Source: Chiloscyllium plagiosum (lineage: Eukaryota). Taken from it: DNA of 64,000 nt. This document shows positions 51,299 to 63,564 of the stretch, piece by piece. The stretch covers positions 5,589,258-5,653,257 of the forward strand of contig NC_057719.1 in the NCBI RefSeq assembly GCF_004010195.1. The letters are read 5' to 3'. The notes beneath the pieces were generated by a model. That model was not told the origin of the DNA. It worked only from the letters and a program-made list of their open reading frames with translations, and made no database searches. The stretch's first letter is position 1. The number at the start of each line of letters is the position of its first letter. The translations under genes were made by a program, and so were the position numbers.

Positions 51299-51846
51299 CC
51301 AACTAGAGTTTTTTTTTTATAGATATTTTTATTAGAAATTTAACATTTTTACAAGTTTACAAAAATAAACAAAACTCTCAGATATAAACATTGATATACA
51401 ATTAGCTCAAATATACAATAGCCAAAATTTGACAAAAAAAAACAAAACAACAAAAAAAAACCGAAAAGAAAAAAAAACAAACAAACAAAACTCAACTATC
51501 TACTAATCTAACCTACAACTAACCAGGGTGTATATTTAAGTCTCTTACATGCTCGGGATGTGTTAACATCAGATATGATAAAACCCGTATTCGTGCGGGA
51601 TTCCTCCCCCGAGGGGCCGCGGACCAGCCAGGTCTGTAGTCTCAATTAAATAAAAGCCCTTGTTAGGATAGCCGAAATATCTGTATTTATGTAATTCAAA
51701 AAGGGCTGCCATATTTTATAAAATAATTCGGTCTTTCGGTGCACCATATTTGTAAGGAAGTCAAGGGGAATACATTCCATAATTAGTCTGTGCCAATTTG
51801 AAAGTCCAGGGGGGCCCTCCGCCACCCAGTTCCAACTAGAGTTTTT
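51299..51846 (-). mobile_element. 5'-truncated L1 with poly(A) and 15-bp TSD
   Basis: ccaactagagttttt at 51299-51313 and 51832-51846; T-run representing the poly(A); ORF2 C-terminus WVAEGPPGLSNW...FYKIWQPFLNY. Confidence 0.88.
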
Positions 51847-52375
51847 AAGGGGAATCAGAATATTTGAGTGGGGTGAAGACAAGCGAGTGAACATAATGTG
51901 TGCACCCAAGAAGAAATAAAAGAAGCTGAGCAAATTAAGCATATCTCATTAAATTTATGGATGCTAAACCCTGACAGATAAATTAAACTAATTGTCAACA
52001 TGTTATCCAAATCAAAGAGATTTAAATTTATTGGCTTTATACAGAGACCACAGAATGTCTTGAGCTTTATCTCATGACCAAGATAAAAGCAAGAAAGACA
52101 TCGTATGGTTCCAAACCCAAAGATAAATGCAAATTTATCTCTGCACATCAGAAATTAGCTAATGCTTTTAAGATTTAAGGGATTGTTATTCATCTTCAAT
52201 TTTCATTCTGTGGAAGAAGAGTTTGCTGACACGAACTATGACTAGGTCGTTTGATTGTTTCTGTAGCATGTTAGGTTATGAAAAGAATCTTGTGATAGTT
52301 TTAAAATTGTTCTTCAATTTGAAACAGGTATTCACGTTCTGATTTTCATTCTTCACATTTCTATTTTAACTCCAG

Positions 52376-52459
52376 AATGAACGAGCATATTCCTTTTGTG
52401 GTACTATAGAGTACATGGCTCCAGAAATTGTTCAAGGTGGAGATGCAGGACATGATAAG
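52376..52459 (+). CDS. RPS6KA5: MSK1 internal coding exon (activation loop, APE)
   Basis: ctccag acceptor and GTATAT donor; 84 nt. Translates NERAYSFCGTIEYMAPEIVQGGDAGHDK, in frame with the previous exon, and contains the activation-loop Ser (human S212 equivalent). Confidence 0.96.
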
Positions 52460-53163
52460 GTATATACTCTCTGCAGAAGTTTGCTCTCTGTTGACAAAGT
52501 AATTTGGCTTAATAGTCAGTATGGTCATCCAGTCGTACTGCTCAGACCCTAATGTCTGTTCTTAAGAAGGAATTTCGTACTTTTATATCTATAGCATTGC
52601 AATTTTCACAATCTCTAACATCTAGCACAGCAAGTGGGGGTGAACAAAATACATTAGATTAGAAGTTAATTATTAACACAGCTTCACAGTTTTTAATGAA
52701 AACAAAAACCCATTAACATCAAAACTGGTTCTGAAGGTTTTTAATTGAATGTTGAACCTTTCAGTTAAGGAACAAGAACTCCATTCCATAAATAATCATT
52801 GTTAATAATCAAAAAGGAAAACAAAAATACTGCAACTGCTGTTAATCATTGGGTTTTGTCTAAATGAACAGTAATCACTGAAAAATAGTGAACAAGGATG
52901 AGGCAGAAATGTTTGTGAATATTTTAAATGAGACTTGACTGAGGCAGGGCACAAACTATTTTTGAGAGCTTTTCTTGAGCGTTGCAACTTGATTATTGGG
53001 GCTCTGTTTTGGTGTTTGGGAGCTACTCCCTCATTCTGTCCAATTCATTTATTAGATATGCACTCATGTAGAACATTACCTTTGAATTTGTTTTGACTTA
53101 TAGCATATTTGTATGAAAAGAATAGGGTACACAGAAGCAGAATTAGAAGAATTAATTTACATT

Positions 53164-53880
53164 AGCGAGTTTTGAGAAGATTTGTAGCTGAGATTGAGGT
53201 TCTGGATGTAGGTTTGCTCGCTGAGCTGAAAGGTTCATTTTCAGATGTTTCGTCACCATACTAGGTAACATCATCAGTGAGCCTCCGGAGAAGCCCTGGT
53301 GGCTTGGCCCGCTTTCTATTTATGTGTTTAGATTTCCTTGGTTTGATGATGTCATTTCCTGTGGTGACATCATTTCCTGTGGCTATGCCATTTCCTGTTA
53401 TTTTTCTCGGGTGGTAAATAGGATCCAAGTCAATGTGTTTGTTGATAGAGTTCCAGTTGAAATGCCATGCTGCTAGGAATTCTCATGCATGTCTCTGTTT
53501 GGCTTGTCCCAAGATGGATGTGTTGCCCCAGTCGAAGTGGTGTCCTTCCTCATCTGCATGTAAGGATATTAGTGAGAGTAGGTCATGTCTTTTTGTGGCT
53601 AGTTGATGTTCATGTACATACATGAACCACAAAAAAGACATGACCCGCTCTCAGTAGTAGCATGATTTTCCAATCTGAATTCTATCAACAAACACATTGA
53701 CTTGGATCCCACTTACCAAACTAAGGACATCACCAAACCAAGGAAACCTAAACACGTAAATAGAAAGCGGGCCATGCCACCAGTGCTTCATCCGGATTCT
53801 CACTGATGATATTACCTAGTATGGTGATGAAACGTCTGAAAACAAACCTTCCAGCTCAGCGAGCAAACCTACATCCAGAA
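53164..53880. mobile_element. Large fold-back of a different PLE family (family C)
   Basis: ~150-bp outer inverted arms and inner arms centred near 53617. The minus strand encodes HEHQLATKRHD...HHFDWGNTSILG. Hammerhead cores at ~53244-53278(-) and ~53803-53837(+). Confidence 0.88.
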
Positions 53881-56141
53881 TAATTTATATACTTAAAAAA
53901 AATTAAACTTAAAGCTAAAGCATATAAGTAAGCATTAATTTCTTAGATACTATTTAAATTGGCACAAGGCAACAAGTCTAAGTTGTTAAAGTTTTCTCAT
54001 TCAAAATAATTAACACAAAAGAATTGCCCTTACACATCCCCTACAGCCTGATAAGTCACAGCTACAGTGTTTCTGTTACATATGTACAAAGGTGGAACAT
54101 TGTAACTAAGCAGTTACTACCTTTTTATTGATTATCAGATCTGATTCACAGATTTAAATTTAACAATTGATTATTACAAATGCATGCTCTATAAACAATG
54201 TTCCACAGGTTCCCCACTGTTCTGATTTCTTTGCCGCCTTCCTTTCACTTCCCAATTCTTGCACGCTGCCTCTTTCTCTCATCTCTTGCTCCCTCTAACT
54301 CTTAACCCTTGTTGCAGCCTCCATTTCCTTCCTGATCCCTTGCAAATTCCCGCTTTCCCATACCTGTTGACCAGCCCCTCTTTGTCCCATCCCTACTTAC
54401 AGCCTCCTGTTCTCTCCCTCACCAACCCCTTTGCAGCATCTCTTCAAACCCCTTGCTGCCTGCAACCTCCCCATAAACCCCTCAGCCCCTTTAAAGCCTC
54501 ACTGTCTCCCTTCACATCACCTTGTCACACTGCCCCCTCCCCCCACCCATCCCCAGGCACAACCCAACATACTTGTGGCCCCCGGGCTCTCTTTATTGAC
54601 TTTGAAGGTTTTGTCTTCCTCACAATCCCCTCACCCCAGTACAAAAACTTGGTTAGCTTGGCAAAAAGGCAGCTTAAGAACCTTGCCTTCATTCCATTCA
54701 CTATGGTGAGTTTTCTCTGGTTGGTCACTCCTGTGATTGATTTTAGTAGGGTGATTTGGGGATCTTTGGGAGTGGATTCGCCTGCCACCCCTGTGTATTT
54801 TGAATGTTAGTCCGAAGTAAGACTTTGAATACTTACTTTCCAACTTGTTTGAAAGTGTACAAAAACGAAAGGAATCCTGAAATCCTTCCAAAGGAAGAGC
54901 TGGTATATGTTCAGTTGCAAAATGTTCTCAAAACATATCTCAAACAGTTTGACTAGCTCATTAAGAAACCATGACAGGAAATTGTGTACATTAGAAATTG
55001 CCAACATAGAAATTTGCATAGACTGTTCTTAAGCTAAAGGCTAAAAGTATGCCCCAATTTTCTTTACAAGATCTAGATTTTCTCAATCTATTGAGAATAG
55101 ACAGTAGATCTGTTGAAATTTCATGCATATCCATAAGTTGGTTTATTGGCAGGTTAATAGTCGAAGAGTTTACTCTGCAGCCCACAGATAACTTGATCAC
55201 TTGTACAATAGCTTAATTTCAGTATTTGCCTATGGGTCAGTTAGGTATTGGACTTTATTTTAATTACTGCAATTTTTATTCTGTTGCAGCCTTTCCCCTT
55301 TGACATTCATCAGTTTTCCTTTATGCCCACCAATTCTCCCATTGGGGAATAGTCTCCCTGCAGATGTTTTAATGACACTTCTTGCCCAATATTTTAAGTA
55401 TGTAGAGGCCACCACCTTCTTCAGATAACCTTGTTAAGATTAGAGTACTGCCCTCTTCCTTTCCCACTCCCAGGGAGAAAGGTTGGATATGAATAACTTC
55501 AGAGCAAAATAAATTAAGGTCTTATTGTCATGTTTCACGCTCTTAACATTAGAGATGTGATTCGGTGTGTTACATGTCATATTTCTACATATAATAAGCT
55601 GATTTTAGTCAACAGTAAATTTAGATATTTTTCATCAGCTTGTTCAGATATGTTAGGACACACGTCTGAGGCAGTTAGGACTTGGATTCTTTTGGCCCAA
55701 AGATAGGGGCAATGATACTAAGCAACAAGATCCTTAAAAATGAATTGAAAGCACCACACAATTTTAGTTGTTCAACAATGTAAGGTTGAGGTTCTATCAT
55801 CCAGAAAGGGCCATTCCCTTAAGAGAGAAAAACAAGTATAGCTTGTTTCATTACTCCACAAGCATGGGGCAAGGGGAGGAAGCAGTGCAACCAAGAACTC
55901 TCACAGCCAGTGCCATGGTTGAACCAACATTGTTGTATTTATTCTGCACCACACTCTAGTCAGCTAACCAAGCTCCATTGTTCAAAAAGAACCAAATTAA
56001 AGGCTACATCCAAGAATTTTCTTCTATCCATATACTGTAGCATTTTCTTCCTCTATGACGAACAAATGAATGCAGTAGCAGATCAGACTGTATAATGTAC
56101 AGTCTTTTTGTAACTTAACATTAGCCCTTTTCTTTGTTCAG

Positions 56142-56245
56142 GCTGTAGATTGGTGGAGCCTTGGAGTCCTGATGTACGAACTGAAAACTGGAGCATCACC
56201 TTTTACTGTTGATGGAGAAAGGAATTCACAATCTGAAATTTCAAA
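56142..56245 (+). CDS. RPS6KA5: MSK1 internal coding exon (subdomain IX)
   Basis: tgttcag acceptor and GTAAGG donor; 104 nt. Translates AVDWWSLGVLMYELKTGASPFTVDGERNSQSEIS(K) and ends in phase 2. Confidence 0.96.
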
Positions 56246-57015
56246 GTAAGGAGTGGAATTGCTGTTGCTAGATAACATTTAGCACATGATTTGACCTATC
56301 TTAGTTCCGTTCTTCAGCAAAGCAGGGTTAGATGGAGTAAGGTAGGAGGAGGCCAGTGGGGACTGTAATCAGTGGCATGGACTCTTGCACCAAATGGCCT
56401 CTTTGTCTTGGAGTTCGCCCATTGGTGCATCCTGTAATTCTGTACATAATTCTAAAGTTTTTGCCTATACTAGTCTGTCAGGAAACGTAGATTGATTAAT
56501 CTTTGTGTGAAGAGGAATTTCCTGATATCAGTTTTAAATCTGTGTCCTCTATTCTATTCCAAATTTGATTTTGAAATCAGGATTACTTTGTCCTCAATGT
56601 AAAAATGTTCTATATCACCAGTCAGAAACCTCATTTCTATTCTGAAAAGCTTCAGTTTCTCAAAAGCTCAATTTCCTCGAGGTTTATCCTTAGTCATTTG
56701 AACTCTATTTCTCCTTTCCATACCGAGTACCTAATACTTGTTTGCCTTAAACTTCATCTTTCATCCCTCTGTACATTTACACTTCTGTGCAACTCATTCT
56801 AATTACCATTTGATATTATTTTTATGTCAAACCCATTTAATATTAAGTTTATATAATTGTATCCCTTTGGTTGATCCGATGAGCACTGAGGTAGGTAATC
56901 CACCAAATGCATTGTATTCAACCCAACAGTAAAATTGGAAGTGTAGCATTTAAGTTCACCAAGTTAACAATGTTTAAAAGTTTAACAATTAAACATGTTC
57001 ATTCTCCCCCATTAG

Positions 57016-57166
57016 GAGAATTTTGAAGAGTGATCCTCCATATCCTCCAGAAATTGGTCCTTTAGCTAAAGATGTAATGAAGCAGCTCCTGATTAAAGAT
57101 CCGAAGAAACGGTTGGGCTCTGGTCCAGGAGGTGCTGATGAAATTAAGTCTCACCCCTTCTTCCAG
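57016..57166 (+). CDS. RPS6KA5: MSK1 internal coding exon (subdomains X-XI)
   Basis: cattag acceptor and GTGTGG donor; 151 nt. Completes the split codon and translates RILKSDPPYPPEIGPLAKDVMKQLLIKDPKKRLGSGPGGADEIKSHPFFQ. Confidence 0.96.
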
Positions 57167-57384
57167 GTGTGGAAAATAAAATGTGGTTAATATTAAACTG
57201 TGGTCCTTTGACTAGCCATCGTGGAATCCTGTTTACATGCGGTCGGTTAGGTTAGACAAAAACATTATAACTTAGTTTGGTTATTCCATTATTAGCTGAG
57301 TTAGCAAGAAATAATTACAGTTACTGGAATCTGCAGCAAAAATTAAGAGTACTGGAAACACTCATTAAGTCTTGCCTTCATCGG

Positions 57385-57940
57385 TCAGGGTATAGAGTAA
57401 AAAAATTGGCAAGCTACGTTGGAATATTGCGTACAGTTCTAGTCATCACACTGCCAGAAGGATGAGATTGTACAGAAAAAAGTTTACTAGATGTTATCTG
57501 GTTTGGAAGGTACAGCTGTAAGGAGAGATTGAACTTGGTTTGTTTTCACTTGAACAGTGAAGAATGAGGAACAACCTGATAGAAGTTTACAAAATTATAA
57601 AAGGCATGGGATAGAATGGATAGCCAGTTGTCTTTCAGAACAGAAATGTCAAGTACTAGGGCGCATACCTTTAAGGTACAACAGGGTAGGTTTAAAGGAG
57701 ATTTGAGAGGCAGGTTCTTTGGGCAAAGGATGGTAAGTGCCTGGAATGTGCTACCTGAGGAGGTAATGGAGGCGGATACAATAGCAATGTTTAAGAGGCA
57801 TCTTGACAGATATATAAATAAGCAGGGAATAAAAGGATACAGACAGCATAGAGGCAAAAGGGTTTTAGTTTAGAAAGGCATTGTGTGTCAGCGCAGCCTT
57901 GGTGGACTGAAGGGCCTGATCCGCTGCTGTACTGTTATTT
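57385..57940 (+). mobile_element. Old CR1 3' fragment
   Basis: ORF 57616-57873 TRAHTFKV...FFGQRMVSAWNVLP. Confidence 0.82.
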
Positions 57941-59854
57941 GTCCTTAAGTCAGAGGAAGTGCAGGCCCCTTTGTCAGAATACTAGTGCACTAATGCATGT
58001 TGTTAGAGACTGTGTTTGTGCCAGTTTGTCTTTGTGTGTGCTTTTTGCCAATCTTGTTTATGCTCCTTTCAGAATGCTATGGAAGATATATATATGAATC
58101 AGAATTTGGAAGCTGATTGAGAGTGCATGAAGAACTCTGTTTTTATTTACAGTATTGTGATGTGCTAACATTTTGTTTGGCCTCAATGTTTTCTGTGGAC
58201 TGAGCTTGCATTATAATACTTGCTTCTTGTAGTTTCTGTGTTTCAAAACAAGTAGGAGCAGGCGTAGGCCCTATACCCCTTTGAACCTACCTTCCTAATC
58301 AATAAGATCAAAAAAGAAAACATCATCTTCAATTTGCATTTTACTGTTCACAACAACCAATGATCTCAAAGCCAACAAGTAAAAGTGTGATCACTGCTAT
58401 AGTGTAGGAAACAGAACAGCCAAAACACACAAAGCAAACTCCCATGTTAGCAATAAAATGAGGATCAGATAGTAATCAGTTTCTGCTGTGTTGATTGAGG
58501 CATCAGAAACCAAAGCTAACTCCACAGCTCTACAAAATAGTGCCATGAAAGTTTTTACATATCCACAAGCAGGTTTGGAGCTTCAGTTTAACATCTCATC
58601 ACTCAAAGTGAAAACATGACTCAGCTTGAACCACAGTGAGTTGAAGGAAGTGACATTTAGCTGAGCATTTTGTGTCAGTCAAAGATAATTTTCTACTGCT
58701 CCTGTACTTGATGCTTTCACCTTTGCTGGGCACCCTCCACCCTCTCAAGAACAGTGTTGGCATGAGCTAATCCATGGAATAGAACAAATGACATTGCTAA
58801 ACTGGTACTGGCCTTTATTTTAGTAACCAAAACCTGGAATAGAGCATGAATCCTAAATCTTATAACTTAGAGACCAGAGTGCTATTAACAAACCCACCTC
58901 CGACTCTTAATACCCAATAGCAGAATGGAAGGAATCATTCAAAGTCATTTTGCCTTAACTTAAAATAATTTCTGCCACCTTCCACCTCCACCATTTCTAG
59001 CAGTGCCCACCAATTACTTTGAATGTAATTTTGACTGCACACTCTTAATGTTGGATGACAGTGTTCCAAATGTGGTATTATATTGATGACTTCTGTCTAC
59101 AAGTGGTTCCAGTGCCACTTACTGGTTGTTTCATTGAACATTCTGAGGAAAATATTTGGGTCAGGTGCAATATGTCCTGAAAAGGCTTTCTGAAGTGCTG
59201 GGCAAGAATTACCACTAGGAGGTGGTATAGTTGACAAAAGATTTTAAAGTTTCACTTCCTAAAATTGTCTTTCCTTTATGTACCTATCTAAACCTAAATT
59301 TTTGAAGTATAATTCTATTGACTTATAGGCAAATGTGGCAGCCAGTTATGTGTCCTGAGCAACAATGAGAGAAATTACTAGTGAATTTAAGGATTAGATG
59401 AGAGACTTGGACTCAGGGAAATTCACTGCTTTTACACTGGTGCTGTGGTCTCTTTTGCATTCACCCTCGGCAGAATTATTTGAAGCACTAAGATTCCTGC
59501 TCTGTCCACAGAACCAGTCTACTCACTTGGCTTGAGCCTTTCCCACTGGTTAATTAATTACCCAGTTAACGACCACAGTTGTCCAACTGGTGAGTAACCT
59601 TGGAAAATTGTGATGGAGACAGGGCTCACGGGCAGGCAATAAGAAGGCCACATACCGGATATAACATGAAACCCACCCCACCACACCTCGTACTTTCCAG
59701 TAAAGGCATGGTAAATCCAATGTAGCATTTCTTCTGAAAGACAGCACCAGTAACAAAACAGCATTTTCTCAGTACTGCATTGAAGTGTTAGCAGGAATAA
59801 TGTGCTCAAGTCTCTTAAATCTATAGTGTTCAGCACAGTTTTAATAGGTGTTAA

Positions 59855-60068
59855 AGTGAGAAGTCACACAAGACCAGGTTATAGTCCGACAGATTTATTT
59901 GAATTTACAAGCTTTTGAAGCATTGCTCCTTCATCAGTTGAGATTCACCTGACGAAGGAGCAGCACTCCAAAAGCTTGTGATTTCAAATAAACCTGTTGG
60001 ACTATAATCTGGTGTCATGTAACTTTTGACTTTGTCCACCACAGTCCAACACCTGCACCTCCACATTA
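59855..60068. mobile_element. Family-B fold-back element with opposed hammerhead-like cores
   Basis: aagcttttgaagcattgctccttcatcag versus ctgacgaaggagcagcactccaaaagctt; outer arms ccaggttatagtcc / ggactataatctgg. Confidence 0.8.
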
Positions 60069-60864
60069 TTAGTAGGTAATTAGAAAGGGCATCCTGACTA
60101 CTCTCCACCTCTCTCCTCTCCACAAACCTAAGTGCTGTATTTCTAGTATAGCTACTGCTTGAGAGTAGCGAGTTCAACCACCGTTGGACTCGTTGTGTTA
60201 TTTAGTACACAGTCTCTTTGTTTTCTGCTGTACGCTAAACTACTAATAACGATTGGTGAAAAGTACAGGCCAAATTCTTCCCAGTACTGAATAACAGAGG
60301 CTGTGGCAAGAAATGTGAGAACTTGAGCAAGGTTTTTCTCAACATCAGGAGCAACCAGTCACATTTTCCAACTAAATTCCTGCTATCTAGACAAGATTCC
60401 CACTGGTGAGCAGTGAGATGCCTACTGATAGGGATTATTGCTCGTTGCCACCCTAATTATTACTTCATTAATATGCACTCTGTTATTCTGCAAACAACTA
60501 GATAGAAATCAAACACGGAATTCCTAACTTCAAAGTCATAGCAGGTACTTGGTGACTCCAACCTGATGTTTGCTCCTCTGGACCACTATTTTGGCCACCA
60601 TGTACCAATGTCTCTGAACATTCTCTGGTGTTGATATTCCCCTGCCTGCTATATTTATGTAAAATGACTGGAGCCATGTAGGACATCTTCTGACTGATAG
60701 TGCTTGTTTGGGTAAACAGCAGGCTTTTAAAGATGGCATTGGTACAAAGGATGTCAATACATTCCGGGATATCCACTGAGTGGCAAATTTTTCTGGGAAC
60801 AGCATATGTTAAAATGGGGCTGGAATTGATGTGAGGGACATCACAGGGGCAAGGTAGATGGTTA

Positions 60865-61530
60865 ATGAGGTAAGTTATAAGGAGAGGCTGAATAGGCTGG
60901 GGCATTTTACCCTAGAGCTAGGGGAGGTGTGCTTTATAGAGATTTATAAAATCATGAGGGGCATAAATTAGGTGAATAGTGAAGGTCTTTTCCCCAGTTA
61001 GGGAAGTACAGAACTAGACGGCATAGGTTTAAGGTGAGAAGGGAAAGATTTTAAAGGGACCTGAAGAGCAACTTTTTCACACAGAGAGTGGTGCTTATAT
61101 GGAATGAACTGCCAGAGGAAGTGGTGGAGGCTGGTACAATTACAACATTTCTGAGACATTTGGACAAATGGAGTCATAGAGTATTACAGCACAGAAACAG
61201 ACCCTTTGGTCCAACCAGTCCATGCTAAACATAAATCCCAAACTAAGCTAATCCCACCTGCCTGCTCCTGACCCATATCCCTGTAAACCTTTCCTATTCG
61301 TGTACCTATCCAAATATATTTTAAACATAGTTGTGCACACATCCACCACTTCCTCAGGAAGTTCATTCCACATGCAAATCACCCTCTGTGTAAAAAACAT
61401 GAATAAGGAAGGTTTAGAGAGATATGGGCCTAATGCAGGCCAATGGAACTAATTCAGTTTAGGAAACCTGATCAGCATGGTCAACTTGGATCGAAGAGTT
61501 TGTTTGCATGCTGTATAACTCTATGACACT
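60865..61530 (+). mobile_element. CR1 3' end containing an antisense CR1 3' end (~61172-61396)
   Basis: The + copy breaks at catttggacaaat and resumes at catgaataaggaagg. The intervening segment is the reverse complement of the same region. Confidence 0.85.
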
Positions 61531-61832
61531 AGGATACGGCTGACAGCCAAATATTCAGCCCAAGATGTTAGTTGCCTGTTGTATCTATTTAATCTTTTAA
61601 AAGTGATTGGAGGGAACTAAACCACTGCTTTATAAATATGTTCTAAGTGGAGAATATTGTATGATTTCTTTCCAATATCGACTGCAGTTATTAATTGTAA
61701 CAAACACTTATAAGTTTCTCACACTGTGTTTCTATGTTCGGGATATTTTGTCATGTTGTGGGAGCTGTATAAATGCAAGTTGTTGTGAGCTATTGTTAAT
61801 AGCCTTCTCTGTCATACTTTTACTATTGGCAG

Positions 61833-61994
61833 AAGATAAATTGGGATGAGTTATCAGCCAAAAACATTGAAGCTCCATTTAAACCTGTCATCAGGGATGA
61901 GTTGGACGTTAGCAATTTTGCTGAAGAGTTCACAGAAATGGATCCTACATATTCACCCGCAGCACTGCCTCAGAACTCTGATAGAATATTTCAG
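61833..61994 (+). CDS. RPS6KA5: MSK1 internal coding exon (AGC C-terminal tail/linker)
   Basis: ttggcag acceptor and GTCAGT donor; 162 nt. Translates KINWDELSAKNIEAPFKPVIRDELDVSNFAEEFTEMDPTYSPAALPQNSDRIFQ, including the TYSP MAPK site (human S360 equivalent). Confidence 0.96.
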
Positions 61995-62063
61995 GTCAGT
62001 ACCATTAAAACACTGTCAAATCTCTTAGAATAGATTTGTTAAACAAACACCTGTACAGCCATA

Positions 62064-62330
62064 AAGTCATACACTACAGAAACAGACTCTTTGGTCCAAT
62101 TCACCCACACCAACCAGATATCCCAATCTGACCTATTCCTATTTGCCAGCGCTTGGCCCATATCCATCTTCCTATTCATATACCCATCTAGATGCTTTTC
62201 AAATGTTGTAATTATACCCGTCACCACCACTTCCTCTGGCAGCTTGTTCCATACACACACCACTGTCTGTGTGAAAAAGATATCCATCAGGTCCTTTTTA
62301 AATCTTTTCCCTCTCATCTTAAACGTATGT
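62064..62330 (-). mobile_element. CR1 3' end
   Basis: ORF 62039-62317(-) FFTQTVVCVWNKLPEEVV. Confidence 0.85.
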
Positions 62331-63564
62331 CATTCAGCTTTAGAGTCTGGGGAAGGGTCACTGGATTAAATCTGATTACTGTCAACAGATGCTGCCAGAC
62401 CTGCTGAGCTTTTTTTGCAATTTCTCTTTTTGCCTCTTTACAGCTAATCTGGTTCACCCCTGTCAGCATCCTGGTGAATTTACATTGTACCTCCTTCAGT
62501 GCAATCACATCTGCCTTTTAGTGCGGTGAACAGAACTGCACACAGTATTCCAGTTGTGGTCAAACTATAGTCCTGTACCATTCCAACAAAAGCTCCCTGC
62601 CTGTATAATCTTTGCCATGACTGATAAAGAAAAGTGTTCTGTATGTCTTCATAAGCAAAACGTTATCCTGTCCAGCTGTCTTTGGGGATCTGTGAACAAG
62701 CACCCCAACATCCCTCTGTTCCTCCTCGTGTTCTGCTAGTCATTGAATACTCCTTTGTCTATTTGATCTGTTTGGGGAGGGTGGGGGAGGCCTACTTATA
62801 AAGTATTCTTAAATAAAAAAAAGTCCACAGAAAATACTGTCACTTGTTAACTAAATAAAACTAACCATCTGTTATATTAGACACATAAAGTGTTAGAGGT
62901 AGGCTGAATTGTATGATTCATGACTTGCAAAATGATAGTCCCATAATCTGGTTGCAGAAAAAGTCAAGTATTTTTGGCCACCCACTCCAAAACTGTTTCC
63001 GGCATTCTGGCATCACCAGTTGAAGCTCCCCTACATCAGAGTGAATTGGCATAAACTTGCTGTATAATTATGACACTAGAGGCCTTATACCCACTAACAA
63101 GGTCAAGACCCCAAAGGTATTTTCATTTAAATCTATTTTCTGAATGCAAACACGTCAGACCAACATTTACTGCTGCTGTTCACATGAAGCTATGTTAGTC
63201 AACAGTGCTAAATGTCATCACTTTTCAACAACAGTCAAATTATAACTTTTTTCAGTTTTATCCTTTTCATTTTTCTTGCACCTGTGATTTCAAATTCCTC
63301 TATTCAAAGAATTCTGTTAGCTGTTTCTAAAATGTCCTGTGATATATCATCTGCTAAAAATAATTGCTATTACTAGGAATGTACTAAAGCACAAGTGAAC
63401 TAATGAAAATTTCATGGCATACTTATATTAACTGTGACAAATCAGCACAACCAGAGGTTCGATGCTTCCAGCCAGGTCAGAAGAGGATATTTTTAGACAA
63501 GTAAAAGAGTCGTGATAGGAGAATGAATTAAGAGTACTATGTGGAAACAAACCAATGAACATGT

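Noticed and set aside
54259..55200. Nested gene or RT fragment in ORFs at 54259-55200
   Set aside because: The first part is C/T-rich low complexity. The resemblance to L1 or PLE motifs further on is too weak to call without a search.
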